A stretch of DNA of 63,946 nucleotides, filler included, from Octopus bimaculoides (Eukaryota), in assembly GCF_001194135.2 (NCBI RefSeq). It is 4 parts of 4 records of this genome, joined end to end, with 100 filler letters (N's around TTAATTAATTAA, not from the genome) between each part and the next. Parts side by side here need not be neighbours in the genome. Positions count along the whole stretch, not along the records: positions 1 to 31,738 come from NC_069000.1; 3 more parts are not named here. The stretch is one strand, 5' to 3'. The translations under genes were made by a program, and so were the position numbers. This document shows, piece by piece, positions 13,038 to 25,892 of this stretch. Under the pieces are notes generated by a model. It saw only the letters and a program-made list of their open reading frames with translations. It was not told the origin of the DNA and ran no database searches. The first letter of the stretch is position 1. Every line of letters begins with the position of its first letter.

Positions 13038-13624
13038 CTTCTTCTTCTTCTTCTTCTTCTTCTTCTTCTTCTTCTTCTTCTTCTTCTTCTTCTTCTTCTT
13101 CTTCTTCTTCTTCTTCTTCTTCTTCCTCTTGTCGGTGTTGTAGCCGTTATTGCTGCTGTGGTTTGTTTTCGATGTTTGCTCGTGTTTCACCTCCGATGAG
13201 TCCCGCAAGAGCTAACCTATGTAACCTATGACCAAAGGCAAACCAGTCGTGATCATTCCATCGGTTTATTCATCTATTTCATTCATTTCCATGCTTATGG
13301 AATTTAGGATTATGATATTGAATCTGTTTCCCTCCCTTCAGCCACCACTACCTCCTTCTTTTTTTATAGTGGTAGAGTGTGGTAGGAGAGAAGTTTGGCA
13401 GCGTTTCCAGCAGGCCGACCGACAACGTCGGGTCATTGTCGTGGACTGGTAGTTGTTTTTGATGTTGTTGTTGCTCAATTTTTAAAAACGCAAACACACA
13501 CACACACACATTTAGATAGATAGACAGACAGACAGGCAGGCAGGCAGGCAGCGGACAGACGGATGGATGGATAGATAGCAGGATGGAAGTGTGTGTGTGT
13601 GTGTGTGTGTAAATGTATGAATGC

Positions 13625-13683
<59 letters not shown>

Positions 13684-13904
13684 TTTGAATGTGTATGATC
13701 TTTCATAGCTCTTCAGCCCGAAATCAGTCTATTCCAGCCGTGACCTTCTCGTCATCTACGCTTTGTGTATGTGCGGAGAATGCCTAACGATATTATCCAT
13801 CGTATCATTTTCTTTTTTCTGAGATACAATGCGTGATTTGAGGAAGATTTCATTGCTGTTTCTAGCTAGTAGAGATTCCCTCATTGTTTTTGTTTTTTTT
13901 GCCT

Positions 13905-14300
13905 TTTATACTTAACTTACTTCAGTCATTAGACAAGGGCCATGCTTGGGCACCGTCCTGAAGAATTCTTCATCGACTGAAAAGACCCCCAAGACTTATT
14001 TTTTAAAGCCGGATGCTTAATCTATCGGTTCTTTTGCCGAACCGCTATTTTACGGGGAAATTAACATACCAACACTGGTTGTCAAACGGTGGGTGGGGAC
14101 AAACACACACACAGACACACACACACACAGACCCACACACACACACGACGGACTTCTTTCAGTTTCTGTCTGTCAAATCCACTCACATGGTTTTGGTCGC
14201 CCCATTGCTATAGCTGAAGACATTTACCCAAGGTGTTACGCAGTGGAACTGAACTCGGAACCACATGGTTGGGAAGCAACTTCTTACTTACAAGCCACGC
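13905..14300 (-). mobile_element. SINE family A, near full length
   Basis: Full reverse-complement head-(CA)n-tail layout as at 62129-62472. Confidence 0.85.
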
Positions 14301-14580
14301 TATGGGACTAAGGACAGACCCATCTGCTCGGGAAGTGAACTTTTTCCTAAACATCCACGCCTGATTAACTCTGTTAATATTTTTTCTGTGTATTTACATG
14401 TATATATTAATATACGCACATATATATAATATACCTTTACTCTTCATTTTCGCAAATTAAGAAGGAGACCCGTCTCTAATTAAGAAACATACTTGCCTCA
14501 TTAGGAATTAGTCGTCAGCAATTAATTATCTTTGAATTCTTTGAACTGGTGATCCTCTGAGTAGAATGCTTGTTTTTCGA

Positions 14581-14695
14581 AATTAATTGGTCTTTTATAA
14601 AGAGGTCTAGCTCCTCTCAATTAATTAGTCCTCTATAATGAGTCTAGCTCTTCTTAATTAATTGGTCCTATAGAAAAACGCTTAGCTCATTCTTC
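14581..14695. repeat. Three degenerate ~38-bp tandem units beginning aattaatt(g/a)gtc
   Basis: aattaattggtcttttataaagaggtctagctcctctc / aattaattagtcctctataatgagtctagctcttctt / aattaattggtcctatag..ttagctc. Confidence 0.7.
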
Positions 14696-14924
14696 TTTAA
14701 GAAGAAAACTTCTGTTTGGTTAACCCGACATGACATAAATAACAGCTAAATTTTCTTTAAATCGCATTTTACACCCACGTTAGGAAATTTTAAGTTCCAA
14801 TATACACTGTGAATGCGAAAAAATGACGTGATGGTCACGACAAGAACGCTCACTTTAATCAGAGTTGGTCTGGGGCATGGCTCTCCATCGGTTACGACGA
14901 CCAGCGTTCCAGTTGATACGATCG

Positions 14925-15138
14925 ATTTGGAGAATTAGGCCAAACGTTGGGGGTGAAGTGATCATGCAAGTTGTCGGCCATTCATTCTTGCGTCATTTGA
15001 GCCTTCTGTGAAGGTGCAGAATCTTGTTGAAAGACATAAGGCCTTCCATTGCATGCACTGTTGATCCAAGGCTTAACAGCTTTATCCAGAACCTCAATAT
15101 ACGCAGCAGCATTCACCCTAAGGCTTTGTGGAAAAAAG
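14925..15138 (-). mobile_element. Tc1/mariner-superfamily transposase fragment (decayed)
   Basis: Translates as PQSLRVNAAAYIEVLDKAVKPWINSACNGRPYVFQQDSAPSQKAQMTQE*MADNLHDHFTPNVWPNSP. FQQDxAP and WPxNSP are catalytic-domain motifs; a Trp codon is replaced by a stop. Confidence 0.85.
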
Positions 15139-15224
15139 TGATGGTGGTGGATGGTGGTGGTGGTGGTAGTGGTGGTGGTGGGAACGGTATGATAATGATG
15201 ATGATGGTGATGACGACGGCGATA

Positions 15225-15276
<52 letters not shown>

Positions 15277-16520
15277 CGACGACGACGAGAACGAGTAATG
15301 ATGATGACGATGACGACGACGGTGATGACAATACCATATCTGCGGCAGCAACTTTTATACTTCATTTTGTTAGCCCAACCTAGTTATGCGTCCCCGAGTT
15401 TCTATTTTACGTCAATCATCATGGCCACCGCCGCCATCCGTCTTCCCGATCGTTAATTGGTCTGGAGAGATGGCGGATAATGATGTAGGAAACGAATGAT
15501 GGGAGGAGAAAGAAGAGAGAGAGGAAGAGACAATGGTTAGGGGGGGAGGAAGAAACCATGTGAGAAGTAACTTAGACGCAAAATATGAAAAAGAATAAAC
15601 AAAAAAGACGGAACATAAACGCGCACGCACGCTGGTAAGCGGTAAGCGCACACACACGCGCGCACACACGCACGCGCACACGTACGGACACACTCAGAGA
15701 TTAGCCATAACTATGTAAGTTGAGTTGAATCTGGAGAGTTTGACAGTTAGACATGCGATGGTAATTGTTATCCATGCATACATACATATATACATATATA
15801 CATACATACATACGTGTGTGTGTGAGTGTGTGCAAAATAGTTGCCAAATATATACATATACATACATACATNNNNNNNNNNNNNNNNNNNNNNNNNNNNN
15901 NNNNNNNNNNNNNNNNNNNNNNNNNNNNNNNNNNNNNNNNNNNNNNNNNNNNNNNNNNNNNNNNNNNNNNNNNNNNNNNNNNNNNNNNNNNNNNNNNNNN
16001 NNNNNNNNNNNNNNNNNNNNNNNNNNNNNNNNNNNNNNNNNNNNNNNNNNNNNNNNNNNNNNNNNNNNNNNNNNNNNNNNNNNNNNNNNNNNNNNNNNNN
16101 NNNNNNNNNNNNNNNNNNNNNNNNNNNNNNNNNNNNNNNNNNNNNNNNNNNNNNNNNNNNNNNNNNNNNNNNNNNNNNNNNNNNNNNNNNNNNNNNNNNN
16201 NNNNNNNNNNNNNNNNNNNNNNNNNNNNNNNNNNNNNNNNNNNNNNNNNNNNNNNNNNNNNNNNNNNNNNNNNNNNNNNNNNNNNNNNNNNNNNNNNNNN
16301 NNNNNNNNNNNNNNNNNNNNNNNNNNNNNNNNNNNNNNNNNNNNNNNNNNNNNNNNNNNNNNNNNNNNNNNNNNNNNNNNNNNNNNNNNNNNNNNNNNNN
16401 NNNNNNNNNNNNNNNNNNNNNNNNNNNNNNNNNNNNNNNNNNNNNNNNNNNNNNNNNNNNNNNNNNNNNNNNNNNNNNNNNNNNNNNNNNNNNNNNNNNN
16501 NNNNNNNNNNNNNNNNNNNN

Positions 16521-16915
16521 AGTGGCTGTGTGGTAAGTAGTTTGCTTACCAACCACATGGTTCTGGGTTCAGTCCCACTGCGTGGCACCTTGGGCAAGTG
16601 TCTTCTACTATAGCCTCGGGCTGACCAAAGCCTTGTGAGTGGATTTGGTAGATGGAAACTGAAAGAAGCCCATCGTATATATGTATATCTATATATATAT
16701 ATATGTATGTGTGTGTTTGTCCCCCCGACTTCGCTTGACAACCGAGGCTGGTGTGTTTACGTCCCCGTTACCCAGCGGTTCGGCAAAAAGAAACCAATAG
16801 AATAAGTACTAGGCTTACAAAGAATAAGTCCTGGGGTCGATTTGCTCGACTAAAAGGCGGTGCCCCAGCATGGCCGCAGTCAAATGACTGAAACAAGTAA
16901 AAAGAAAAATAAGAA
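16521..16915 (+). mobile_element. SINE family A, full length
   Basis: tRNA-like head gtggctgtgtggtaag...ggttcagtcccactg, central TA/TG microsatellite, tail ending tgactgaaacaagtaaaaagaaa. Confidence 0.9.
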
Positions 16916-16978
16916 AAAAGAAATCGGCAACAACAAAAAAAGACAATTAACATTAATCAAAAAGAATCAAGTATAAGC

Positions 16979-17030
16979 AAAATGGTGGTATTTACTCTTT
17001 ACAAAAACAAAGTGTAAATACTACCATTTT
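16979..17030. repeat. ~52-nt hairpin (17-bp stem, 1x1 mismatch, 4 bp, 8-nt loop)
   Basis: aaaatggtggtatttac pairs with gtaaatactaccatttt (one G-T). Confidence 0.8.
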
Positions 17031-17270
17031 CTTTCTTTTCTTTCTAAATACAAAGACAGCCTCGTTCTCGTTTTCAAACTGAAAGTTCGTAATGGCGAAT
17101 ACGTATAAATCACGCTAAGGTGATTCAAATGCAAAGCCAGTGACAGCCACAGACTGTGTAGAAGGAATTCATTTAGGTAGACAGGTTTTGTTTCACGAAT
17201 GTTGTGTCTTGATCGGTGCATTTTGCCATTGTTTGCAAGTAAATGAATATTTATGTCTTTGGATTCTTGT

Positions 17271-17320
<50 letters not shown>

Positions 17321-17596
17321 CACAGACGCAAAACTGTCACTTAAAAGTTGTGTGTGTGTGTGTAAACTGGACCGTGTGCGATCTCTTGACTTCTTTTCTA
17401 CTCTCTCATTGGTTCAATTTTGTTGTTTCGTTTCTAAAAAAGAAAAAAAAACAAAAAAAACGAAAAACATGCAACATGGAAAGAATAGAATTGAATAAAA
17501 TAATAAATGAATAAATAAAATAATAAATAAATAAATAGATAAATGGATAAATAAACGTAAAACCAAAACCGAAACATTGTGTGCAGNNNNNNNNNN

Positions 17597-17633
<37 letters not shown>

Positions 17634-17721
17634 GTACGTACATACATACATGTATACAAGTATACAGGCATACCTACGTACGTATCTACATACGTATACA
17701 CGTATGTATGTATGTATGTAT

Positions 17722-17970
17722 ATATGTGGTTGGTAAGCTAGCTTCTTATCACACAATGGGTGTGTGTGTCTTTGTCCTCACGTCACCGCTTGACAACCAG
17801 TGTTGGTGTGTTTACGTCCCCGTAATCGGCGAAAGAGTCCGATAGAATAAGTAACGGGCTTAAAAAATATATACTGGAGTCGATTTGTTCAGCTAAAACC
17901 CTTTAAGGCAGTGCTCCAGTCTGGCCGCAGTCAAATTACTGAAACAAGTATAAGAATAAAAGAATAAGAG
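17722..17970 (+). mobile_element. SINE family A, internally deleted
   Basis: Short head followed by the family A tail. Confidence 0.75.
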
Positions 17971-19087
17971 AATAAAAGAATAAGAGAATAAGTACGAGTA
18001 CGTTTACAGGGAGTAAAGCTATATAAAAAGGATGATATATGAACCCTAACGGAATGAAGGGAGGGTCAAAAGAGAGAGGAGAAGTAAGAGGCGAATGAGA
18101 AAGTGGGTAGACGCGAGAGGGAAAACAAAAAGAGAGAGTAAGATACAGCGAGAAGAAATGAGGGAAAGAACAGGAAGGGGAGGGAGAGAGAAAGAGAGGG
18201 AGCTACGGTTTTATTATTAGTGATAGTTTCGTAACTTTTTTTTTAAGTCACCAAAGTGCGCCTCTTATTTCATGATTACCAAAGGGATTTTGGAGCTGGA
18301 TGTCTGGATGGTGGAAAGGTTAATGGGTGTTACTCAGGGAACGATGCCATAACAGCTGCATGCTGCTGCTGCTACTGCTACTGCTGCTACTGCTACTGCT
18401 GCTAACAGTAAAACAACAAAAGACAAGCACAAAAAAAACGGCTCTTAGCAAATGAGAGACTAAGAGGTGGATTAATGACTGGATTAGGATATCTTGTTTG
18501 CAATGGCATCCGTCTGCATGTTTGTCTGTTTGTCTGTCGAATTGATTCGTTGATTGGTTGACGAATATCGACCACCACCACCACCACCACCACCACCACC
18601 AACGCCACAGCAGCAACATCGTCAGATTGTGTCATCAATTTCCGCTTCTTCATTTTGTTTGTTTGTTTGTTTTTCAAAGCCATTAAATCATCAGACATAT
18701 CCGGGTGGTTGAGGGTGGTTGTGGTGGTGGTGGAGGTGGTGGTGGTGGGGTGTAAGTGTTGCGGTGATGGTAGCGGAAGGTGTTATGGTGATAGACCTGG
18801 TGATGGTTAGAATAATGATATTGGTTATGGTGGTGGTGGTGGTGGTGGTAGTGAAGGTTGTAGTAGTGGTGGTGGTAGTCGTGGTAGTGTTGGTGATGGT
18901 GGTGATGGTTGTGGTTGTGGTGGTGGTGGTGCTTGTGCTGGTAAGAGTGGTGGTAGTGACAGTGATGTTGATGGTGATGGTGATGGCGCCGGTAGTGGTG
19001 GTGAGCGTAGTGGTGATGGTGGTGATGGTGGTGGTGGTGGTGATGGTGGTGATGAAGGTGCTACTGGGGATAGTGATGGTGGTTGTA

Positions 19088-19147
<60 letters not shown>

Positions 19148-19440
19148 GTGGTGGTTGTAATGATGATGATGGTGATAGCGGGGTAGTGTTGGTAGTGGTC
19201 ATTGTGTTGATGGCCTATCGTAACGGGCGAGATTTAATCTGAGAAAAGGTTATAAACGAATGGCAATAAATAATATTTAAAATAATAACCGTTTATTTTT
19301 GTTTATTTTAAATCCACACTTTTTTTTCTTTCCCTCGTTTCCTTTTCACATTTAAAACACCAAATATAAAGACCTCCAATTTATCAAAGGATATAAGGTC
19401 CTCTAATTAACCAATAATAATAATAATAATAATAATAATG

Positions 19441-19505
<65 letters not shown>

Positions 19506-19507
<2 letters not shown>

Positions 19508-19577
19508 CATACCCAAGGCACACAAAGCTGTGCTCGGTAGTGCTGTGAAAGAACGTTATAAAAATAAGACTACTGAA
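19506..19577 (+). mobile_element. Probable 3'-terminal fragment of an R4/Dong-like non-LTR retrotransposon, within (TAA)n
   Basis: Unique 70-bp segment (acatacccaaggcacac..gaacgttataaaaataagactactg) running into (AAT)n. The 3'-end assignment is from memory of this family and is not verified. Confidence 0.5.
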
Positions 19578-19645
19578 TAATAATAATAATAATAATAATT
19601 ATTATTATTATTATTATTATTATAATAATAATAATTATAATAATG

Positions 19646-19678
<33 letters not shown>

Positions 19679-19682
<4 letters not shown>

Positions 19683-19811
19683 GATGGTATAAACACACGC
19701 CAGAAAAGGTCACAGAAAACGAGAAAGCAACCATACTCTGGGATATGCCAATACACACAGATAGAGAAATTAAGGCAAATAGACCAGATATAGTTGTCAA
19801 AGATCATGAAG
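19679..19811 (+). mobile_element. 5'-truncated R4/Dong-like non-LTR retrotransposon (restriction-like endonuclease region)
   Basis: KRWYKHTPEKVTENEKATILWDMPIHTDREIKANRPDIVVKDHE; ILWDxPIxTD...NRPDIVV is typical of the RLE domain. It starts directly after (TAA)n and runs into a gap. Confidence 0.85.
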
Positions 19812-21282
19812 NNNNNNNNNNNNNNNNNNNNNNNNNNNNNNNNNNNNNNNNNNNNNNNNNNNNNNNNNNNNNNNNNNNNNNNNNNNNNNNNNNNNNNNNN
19901 NNNNNNNNNNNNNNNNNNNNNNNNNNNNNNNNNNNNNNNNNNNNNNNNNNNNNNNNNNNNNNNNNNNNNNNNNNNNNNNNNNNNNNNNNNNNNNNNNNNN
20001 NNNNNNNNNNNNNNNNNNNNNNNNNNNNNNNNNNNNNNNNNNNNNNNNNNNNNNNNNNNNNNNNNNNNNNNNNNNNNNNNNNNNNNNNNNNNNNNNNNNN
20101 NNNNNNNNNNNNNNNNNNNNNNNNNNNNNNNNNNNNNNNNNNNNNNNNNNNNNNNNNNNNNNNNNNNNNNNNNNNNNNNNNNNNNNNNNNNNNNNNNNNN
20201 NNNNNNNNNNNNNNNNNNNNNNNNNNNNNNNNNNNNNNNNNNNNNNNNNNNNNNNNNNNNNNNNNNNNNNNNNNNNNNNNNNNNNNNNNNNNNNNNNNNN
20301 NNNNNNNNNNNNNNNNNNNNNNNNNNNNNNNNNNNNNNNNNNNNNNNNNNNNNNNNNNNNNNNNNNNNNNNNNNNNNNNNNNNNNNNNNNNNNNNNNNNN
20401 NNNNNNNNNNNNNNNNNNNNNNNNNNNNNNNNNNNNNNNNNNNNNNNNNNNNNNNNNNNNNNNNNNNNNNNNNNNNNNNNNNNNNNNNNNNNNNNNNNNN
20501 NNNNNNNNNNNNNNNNNNNNNNNNNNNNNNNNNNNNNNNNNNNNNNNNNNNNNNNNNNNNNNNNNNNNNNNNNNNNNNNNNNNNNNNNNNNNNNNNNNNN
20601 NNNNNNNNNNNNNNNNNNNNNNNNNNNNNNNNNNNNNNNNNNNNNNNNNNNNNNNNNNNNNNNNNNNNNNNNNNNNNNNNNNNNNNNNNNNNNNNNNNNN
20701 NNNNNNNNNNNNNNNNNNNNNNNNNNNNNNNNNNNNNNNNNNNNNNNNNNNNNNNNNNNNNNNNNNNNNNNNNNNNNNNNNNNNNNNNNNNNNNNNNTAT
20801 ATATATATATATATATATATATATGCATATATGGGTACAGGACATCACTAACTGTAAACAACATGAAGTACGAAAACAAGCAAGTTAAACAGACAAAGAA
20901 CGAGAGAAATAAATTGAAAACAGTGACTCTACTCTATACTGTTTTCTCCTCCTTTCTTCTCTAATTCCCTTTTTCTCCCCTTCAACGTGGATTGAAAAAA
21001 TACCAGATATGTACATGTACTCATGCACTGTGTTCTCTCACCTTCTTTTGCCAAACAAAGAATGCGCGTGCACGTGTATCGTACGCAAGTGTATGTGCGC
21101 AACTGTGTGCACGCATTTACATATAAGTGTATATGTATGTATGTATGTGCATGTATGTATCTATGTATGTATGCATGCATGTATGTATGCCTGAGTGTAT
21201 GCGTAATTGTGTATAATACACAAAGAGATTGGCCTAGTTGACAGTCTTTCATATGTCAGTAAATACATACTTAGGTTTATAG

Positions 21283-21327
<45 letters not shown>

Positions 21328-22726
21328 CATATGTGCATATATATATACATTCGTACATGTATANNNNNNNNNNNNNNNNNNNNNNNNNNNNNNNNNNNNN
21401 NNNNNNNNNNNNNNNNNNNNNNNNNNNNNNNNNNNNNNNNNNNNNNNNNNNNNNNNNNNNNNNNNNNNNNNNNNNNNNNNNNNNNNNNNNNNNNNNNNNN
21501 NNNNNNNNNNNNNNNNNNNNNNNNNNNNNNNNNNNNNNNNNNNNNNNNNNNNNNNNNNNNNNNNNNNNNNNNNNNNNNNNNNNNNNNNNNNNNNNNNNNN
21601 NNNNNNNNNNNNNNNNNNNNNNNNNNNNNNNNNNNNNNNNNNNNNNNNNNNNNNNNNNNNNNNNNNNNNNNNNNNNNNNNNNNNNNNNNNNNNNNNNNNN
21701 NNNNNNNNNNNNNNNNNNNNNNNNNNNNNNNNNNNNNNNNNNNNNNNNNNNNNNNNNNNNNNNNNNNNNNNNNNNNNNNNNNNNNNNNNNNNNCTGACCT
21801 TGACGTCCGTTGATTGGTTCACAAAAAGATATATTACAACAAGCCAACAGTCTTCAATCTGTCTTTTGTTTGAGTCACGTACCGGTCGGGCCAGTGAAGT
21901 TGACAACGGTAAATGTAAACAGGACTAAATTGTAGCAGATGAAAGAAAACCCTTCAAATGAAATATTGTCAGTAGAGGTACAGAATAACTTGATTAAACG
22001 ACGATAGAGAAACATCTTAAGTCACCGGTTAATGGCCGTCGTTTTGAGTGGCTGCACTAAAACCCCCTCTCAACAGAGCAAATATAGCAAATATCTCTGG
22101 GAATGTTCTTGTGAATATGCTGTTCGTACAGTGATTATACGGTTAGCTTGAAACAGAACGCGCGCGCGCACACGCACACGCACACACACACACACACACA
22201 CACGCTCACACATGCAACAGGCTTCCACAGAGTTTCCGTGTACCACATTCACTCGCTATTCATTTGTCGGCCCAGGGCTATAGTAGAAGACTCGTAGCCA
22301 AAATACCGTGCAGTGGGACTGAACCCGAATCCAGATGGCTGCAAGGCGAGCTTCTGAATCGCCACAGCCTTGCCTGTGCGTATTTGTAAATTTCTCATCA
22401 GTTCCTGACAGATGTTTTCTTAAACGTCGTGTTAACATCTGCTGCCTAACTGAATTCTTCAACTGTGCATATGACCCGCTCTCTTTTCCCCCCCTTTTTT
22501 GTTGCATAAATAGTTACACGATAACAATAACAATTGCTAATAAAAATAAAGCAGCAAAACATATAACTAAATACTATGAAGTTTTATTTAATATAATCAG
22601 CAATTTGCTATTACAAATCAAATACGTATAAAATGTTCGTTATCCGGTTACATCGATTTCAATATACATACAAACTTATAGAATTATGGTAGCATACATA
22701 TATACGTACATATATACGTGTATATA

Positions 22727-22890
22727 CAGGGGTTGGGCAAAATAATGGAAACACCTAGCATCATAGCATCATAGTTTTGAAATATCTATAAAATCGTCAA
22801 AAGCTTGTTTATTTTTATGTGTTTTGATTTATTATTAGTGTTGCTTAATATGTTTTGCTAAAATTGCTGTTTCTTTTTAGATATCATCAG
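22727..22890 (+). mobile_element. Tc1-like element end (TIR fragment)
   Basis: TA|CAGGGGTTGGGCAAAATAATGGAAACACC, a typical Tc1-like terminus. Confidence 0.65.
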
Positions 22891-22925
22891 AAAAAGGTAA
22901 TTAAAATTCATTAGAGTAAATTGTA

Positions 22926-23306
22926 CAAAGTATTTTGTCCAACACTCTATCAGCTCTGCCAATACTTTGATACTTTTGTCAATCGACCCAGAAAGGATGA
23001 AAGGCAAAGCTGATCTCGATGGGATTCGAACCCAAAACGTAAAGAGCCAGAAGAAATACAGCAAAGTATTTTGCCCAACGATCTATCAATTCTGCCAACC
23101 TTGTAATACTTTTGTTAAACGACCCAGAAAGGATAAAAGGCAAAGCTGATCTCGGTGGGATTCGAACTCATAACGTAAAGAGCCAGAAGAAATACAGCAA
23201 AGTATTTTGTCCAACGATCTATCAATTCTGCCAACCTTTTAATACTTTAATTAAACGACTCAGAAAGGATAAAATGCAAAGCTGATCTCGGCGGGCTTCG
23301 AACTCA
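22926..23306 (-). repeat. Tandem triplication of a 136-bp family B SINE segment
   Basis: caaagtattttg.ccaac starts at 22926, 23062 and 23198; each unit has a reverse B-box-like ttcgaac. Confidence 0.85.
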
Positions 23307-23880
23307 TGGCATTTTGTCCAATGCTCTCGCTATTCAACCAAACCCAATAATAGCAATGCCTTAAAAATAACATGCCAACGTGCAACCAAAACCCCACGAC
23401 ATAACGTACATAAATATATGAATATGAGTCACTGCATAGAGAACGCAACAGAAAACGCAAGACTAAAAAGATAACACTGCACATGCCCACGGTGCACAGC
23501 ACTGCTCTCTGTAATGCAGTGAAAGCAGACAATGAAAATAAGATCAGTGAAGAATAACAATAATGACTTCATTTTGCCGTAAGAGCAACAGATGAAGTTA
23601 CATACGAGAGATGGTGCTTACAACGAGCATGAGAGAGAACGTATGAAAATCCTACGATATGAGATATAAAGTGTCCCAACAGGGGAACAGTTGCCTAAGG
23701 TCAGTTAGCGTACGTGTCTACCAAAGATAAGGGTCCTCTCTCAATATATTTACAGGTAGGTGTTCGAGGCTGACTCCTTTATTGATAGGTCCTCCCCGCC
23801 CTCGTTTATTCGGCAAATTTACTCTAGTACAACTCTTCCATCGCCATCCTCATCGTCCTCACTAAACAAATATATAATTT

Positions 23881-24040
23881 AAGGCGGCGAGCTGGCAGAA
23901 AATGCTTAGCGGCATTTCGTCAGTATTTACGGTCTGAGTTCGAATTCCGGCGAAACTGACTTTGCCTTTCATCCTTTCGGGGTCGGTCAAATAAATACCA
24001 GTTAGAGTCGATGCAATCGACTTATTTCCGTCGCCAAAAT
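23881..24040 (+). mobile_element. SINE family B
   Basis: aaggcggcgagctggcag..gagttcgaattcc..ctttcatcctttcggggtcg. Confidence 0.8.
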
Positions 24041-25004
24041 TTCAGGCCTTGCGTCAATATTTGAAACCAGTTTTAGATTTTATAATATTATATCTTATTA
24101 TACCGTATTATATTATATCATATCATATTATATTATATTATATTATATTATATTANNNNNNNNNNTATTATATTATATTATATTATATTATATTATATTA
24201 TGCATATATATATATATATTGCAGCAGTACTTGAGTGATTCGAAACTTCAACTGGTGTCGTTGAATACCGGAACACATATTTTGTTATTTCTGCTACAGC
24301 CGGTGTGTATAATAATTAGCCAACACCCAAATAATAACTGCGTTGTTTCACTGTTGCTTGGTACACTGTCTTTTCGCCAGAAACGAAGTAGCTGGATCAG
24401 GATACTAAATATTTCGTATATGTAAATATATTTTCATGTATGTATAATCAAGTTTATTTTTCCTCGAGTCAGACACGCTAAGCTGAGCTGTCTTTTCGGG
24501 TTTTACCCATGTATATGTGTATGTTTATGTATACACACACAGACACACAGACACATCTATATATATATATGGGGTACAGCTTTCTTTTAAATATATCGTA
24601 TTGCAGACACGACGTGCAGGGGCATTCAGAATCTCTTCCACAAACGAATCGCTAAATAAATAAATCTAGACTACAATAAACACGAATCAAAAATGATTAT
24701 CCTTACGAACTCACAGACCAACCCATAGAACAATACAGTCACAAATACATCACAATGACCACATCAGATATTATGCCTATTTAAAATATACAAACCTTGC
24801 TTGAAGTGTATTTAATATGAATCAAATACATCCCAGCTATAGAATAAATAAATACAATGCACGAGATCTCGCAAAACGATATAAGATTTATTGTACGACA
24901 CTATAGCTTAATGCTAGCAACGTCTTTGCAAAAAACACTGCATATATTAACCTCCTCATCAATGACTAACTACAAGCATGTAAACCCACGAGTAATTTAA
25001 CGAC

Positions 25005-25075
25005 TACCGTATTTTTCGGTATACATGTCGAATTTTGCAGCTCAAGACAGGCAGGTCGACTTATACACCAAAACG
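25005..25075 (+). mobile_element. pogo/Tigger-like DNA transposon end
   Basis: TACCGTATTTTTCGGT...GGTCGACTTATACAC terminal pattern; a similar decayed element lies at ~49465-49610. Confidence 0.45.
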
Positions 25076-25229
25076 ACATCGTAAGACCAAAAATCCCATT
25101 TGGAATATGGCAGGATTTGGAAAGATTGTGACGATGTTTGAATGTTTGCATTACATATTTACACCACGATGGACCCCTGAAAAGATCCTGGCGACTGTGT
25201 GTAAAGGAAAATACAGGAGGATCAGTTAA

Positions 25230-25388
25230 TTATGATTTTATTCAACATATTTCCCTCTCAGATTCACACACTTATTGTAGCGGTCTTTCAGTTTTTCTAA
25301 GCCCTGTAAAACGAACTCGAAAGGTTGGGCCTCCAGCCAGGCCTTTCATGATACTCTTAAAGCAAGAGCTGTTCATTTTCCCTCGTGT
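25230..25388 (-). mobile_element. Mariner-derived MITE (transposase C-terminus plus TIR)
   Basis: Minus strand reads AWLEAQPFEFVLQGLEKLKDRYNKCVNLRGKYVE*; homologous to 28130-28354. Confidence 0.8.
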
Positions 25389-25396
25389 GTGTATAC

Positions 25397-25427
<31 letters not shown>

Positions 25428-25860
25428 TGTATGTATGTATGTATGCTTAACCATACATATATATGTATATATGTATTGCTTAACCATCCTCTCACACCGT
25501 CTCCGATGAAGGCATATAATAAATATCCGCAATTAAGGGTAATGAACTTCCCAGTGGGTACACCTGATTTCTTCAAAAAGAGAAAATTCTGGCTGCTATT
25601 TCTAGCAAGTCCTGCAGACTAATGGTGGCGGCCCCGATCATGAATCTAGTTCCATTTGTGTTATTTCTCACGTACATCATTTTGATTCATCAGGAATGTT
25701 ACAGATCAGAGTGCACAATGTTCTGTGATAATGTACTGTTGCACTGCACGATGGGATTAGTGTTGTTCTTATCTGGTGGTAGTGATGGTAGCGGCGGTGC
25801 TAGGGGTGGAGAGATGTTTCGTAGTCTAATGGTTATATTAAACACCCTATAACTATGTTT

Positions 25861-25892
<32 letters not shown>

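Noticed and set aside
15414-15486. Possible hairpin around ccgccatc/gatggcgg
   Set aside because: Only 8 contiguous pairs plus bulged segments; within chance expectation.
18719-19202. Val/Met-rich and Pro/Ser-rich ORFs
   Set aside because: Degenerate (GGT)n/(GAT)n microsatellite; similar tracts occur at 15140-15330, 28355-28570, 30000-30170 and 39480-39730.
22926-23306. Regularly spaced repeats as a CRISPR-like array
   Set aside because: Contiguous tandem units without unique spacers, in a eukaryotic SINE context.
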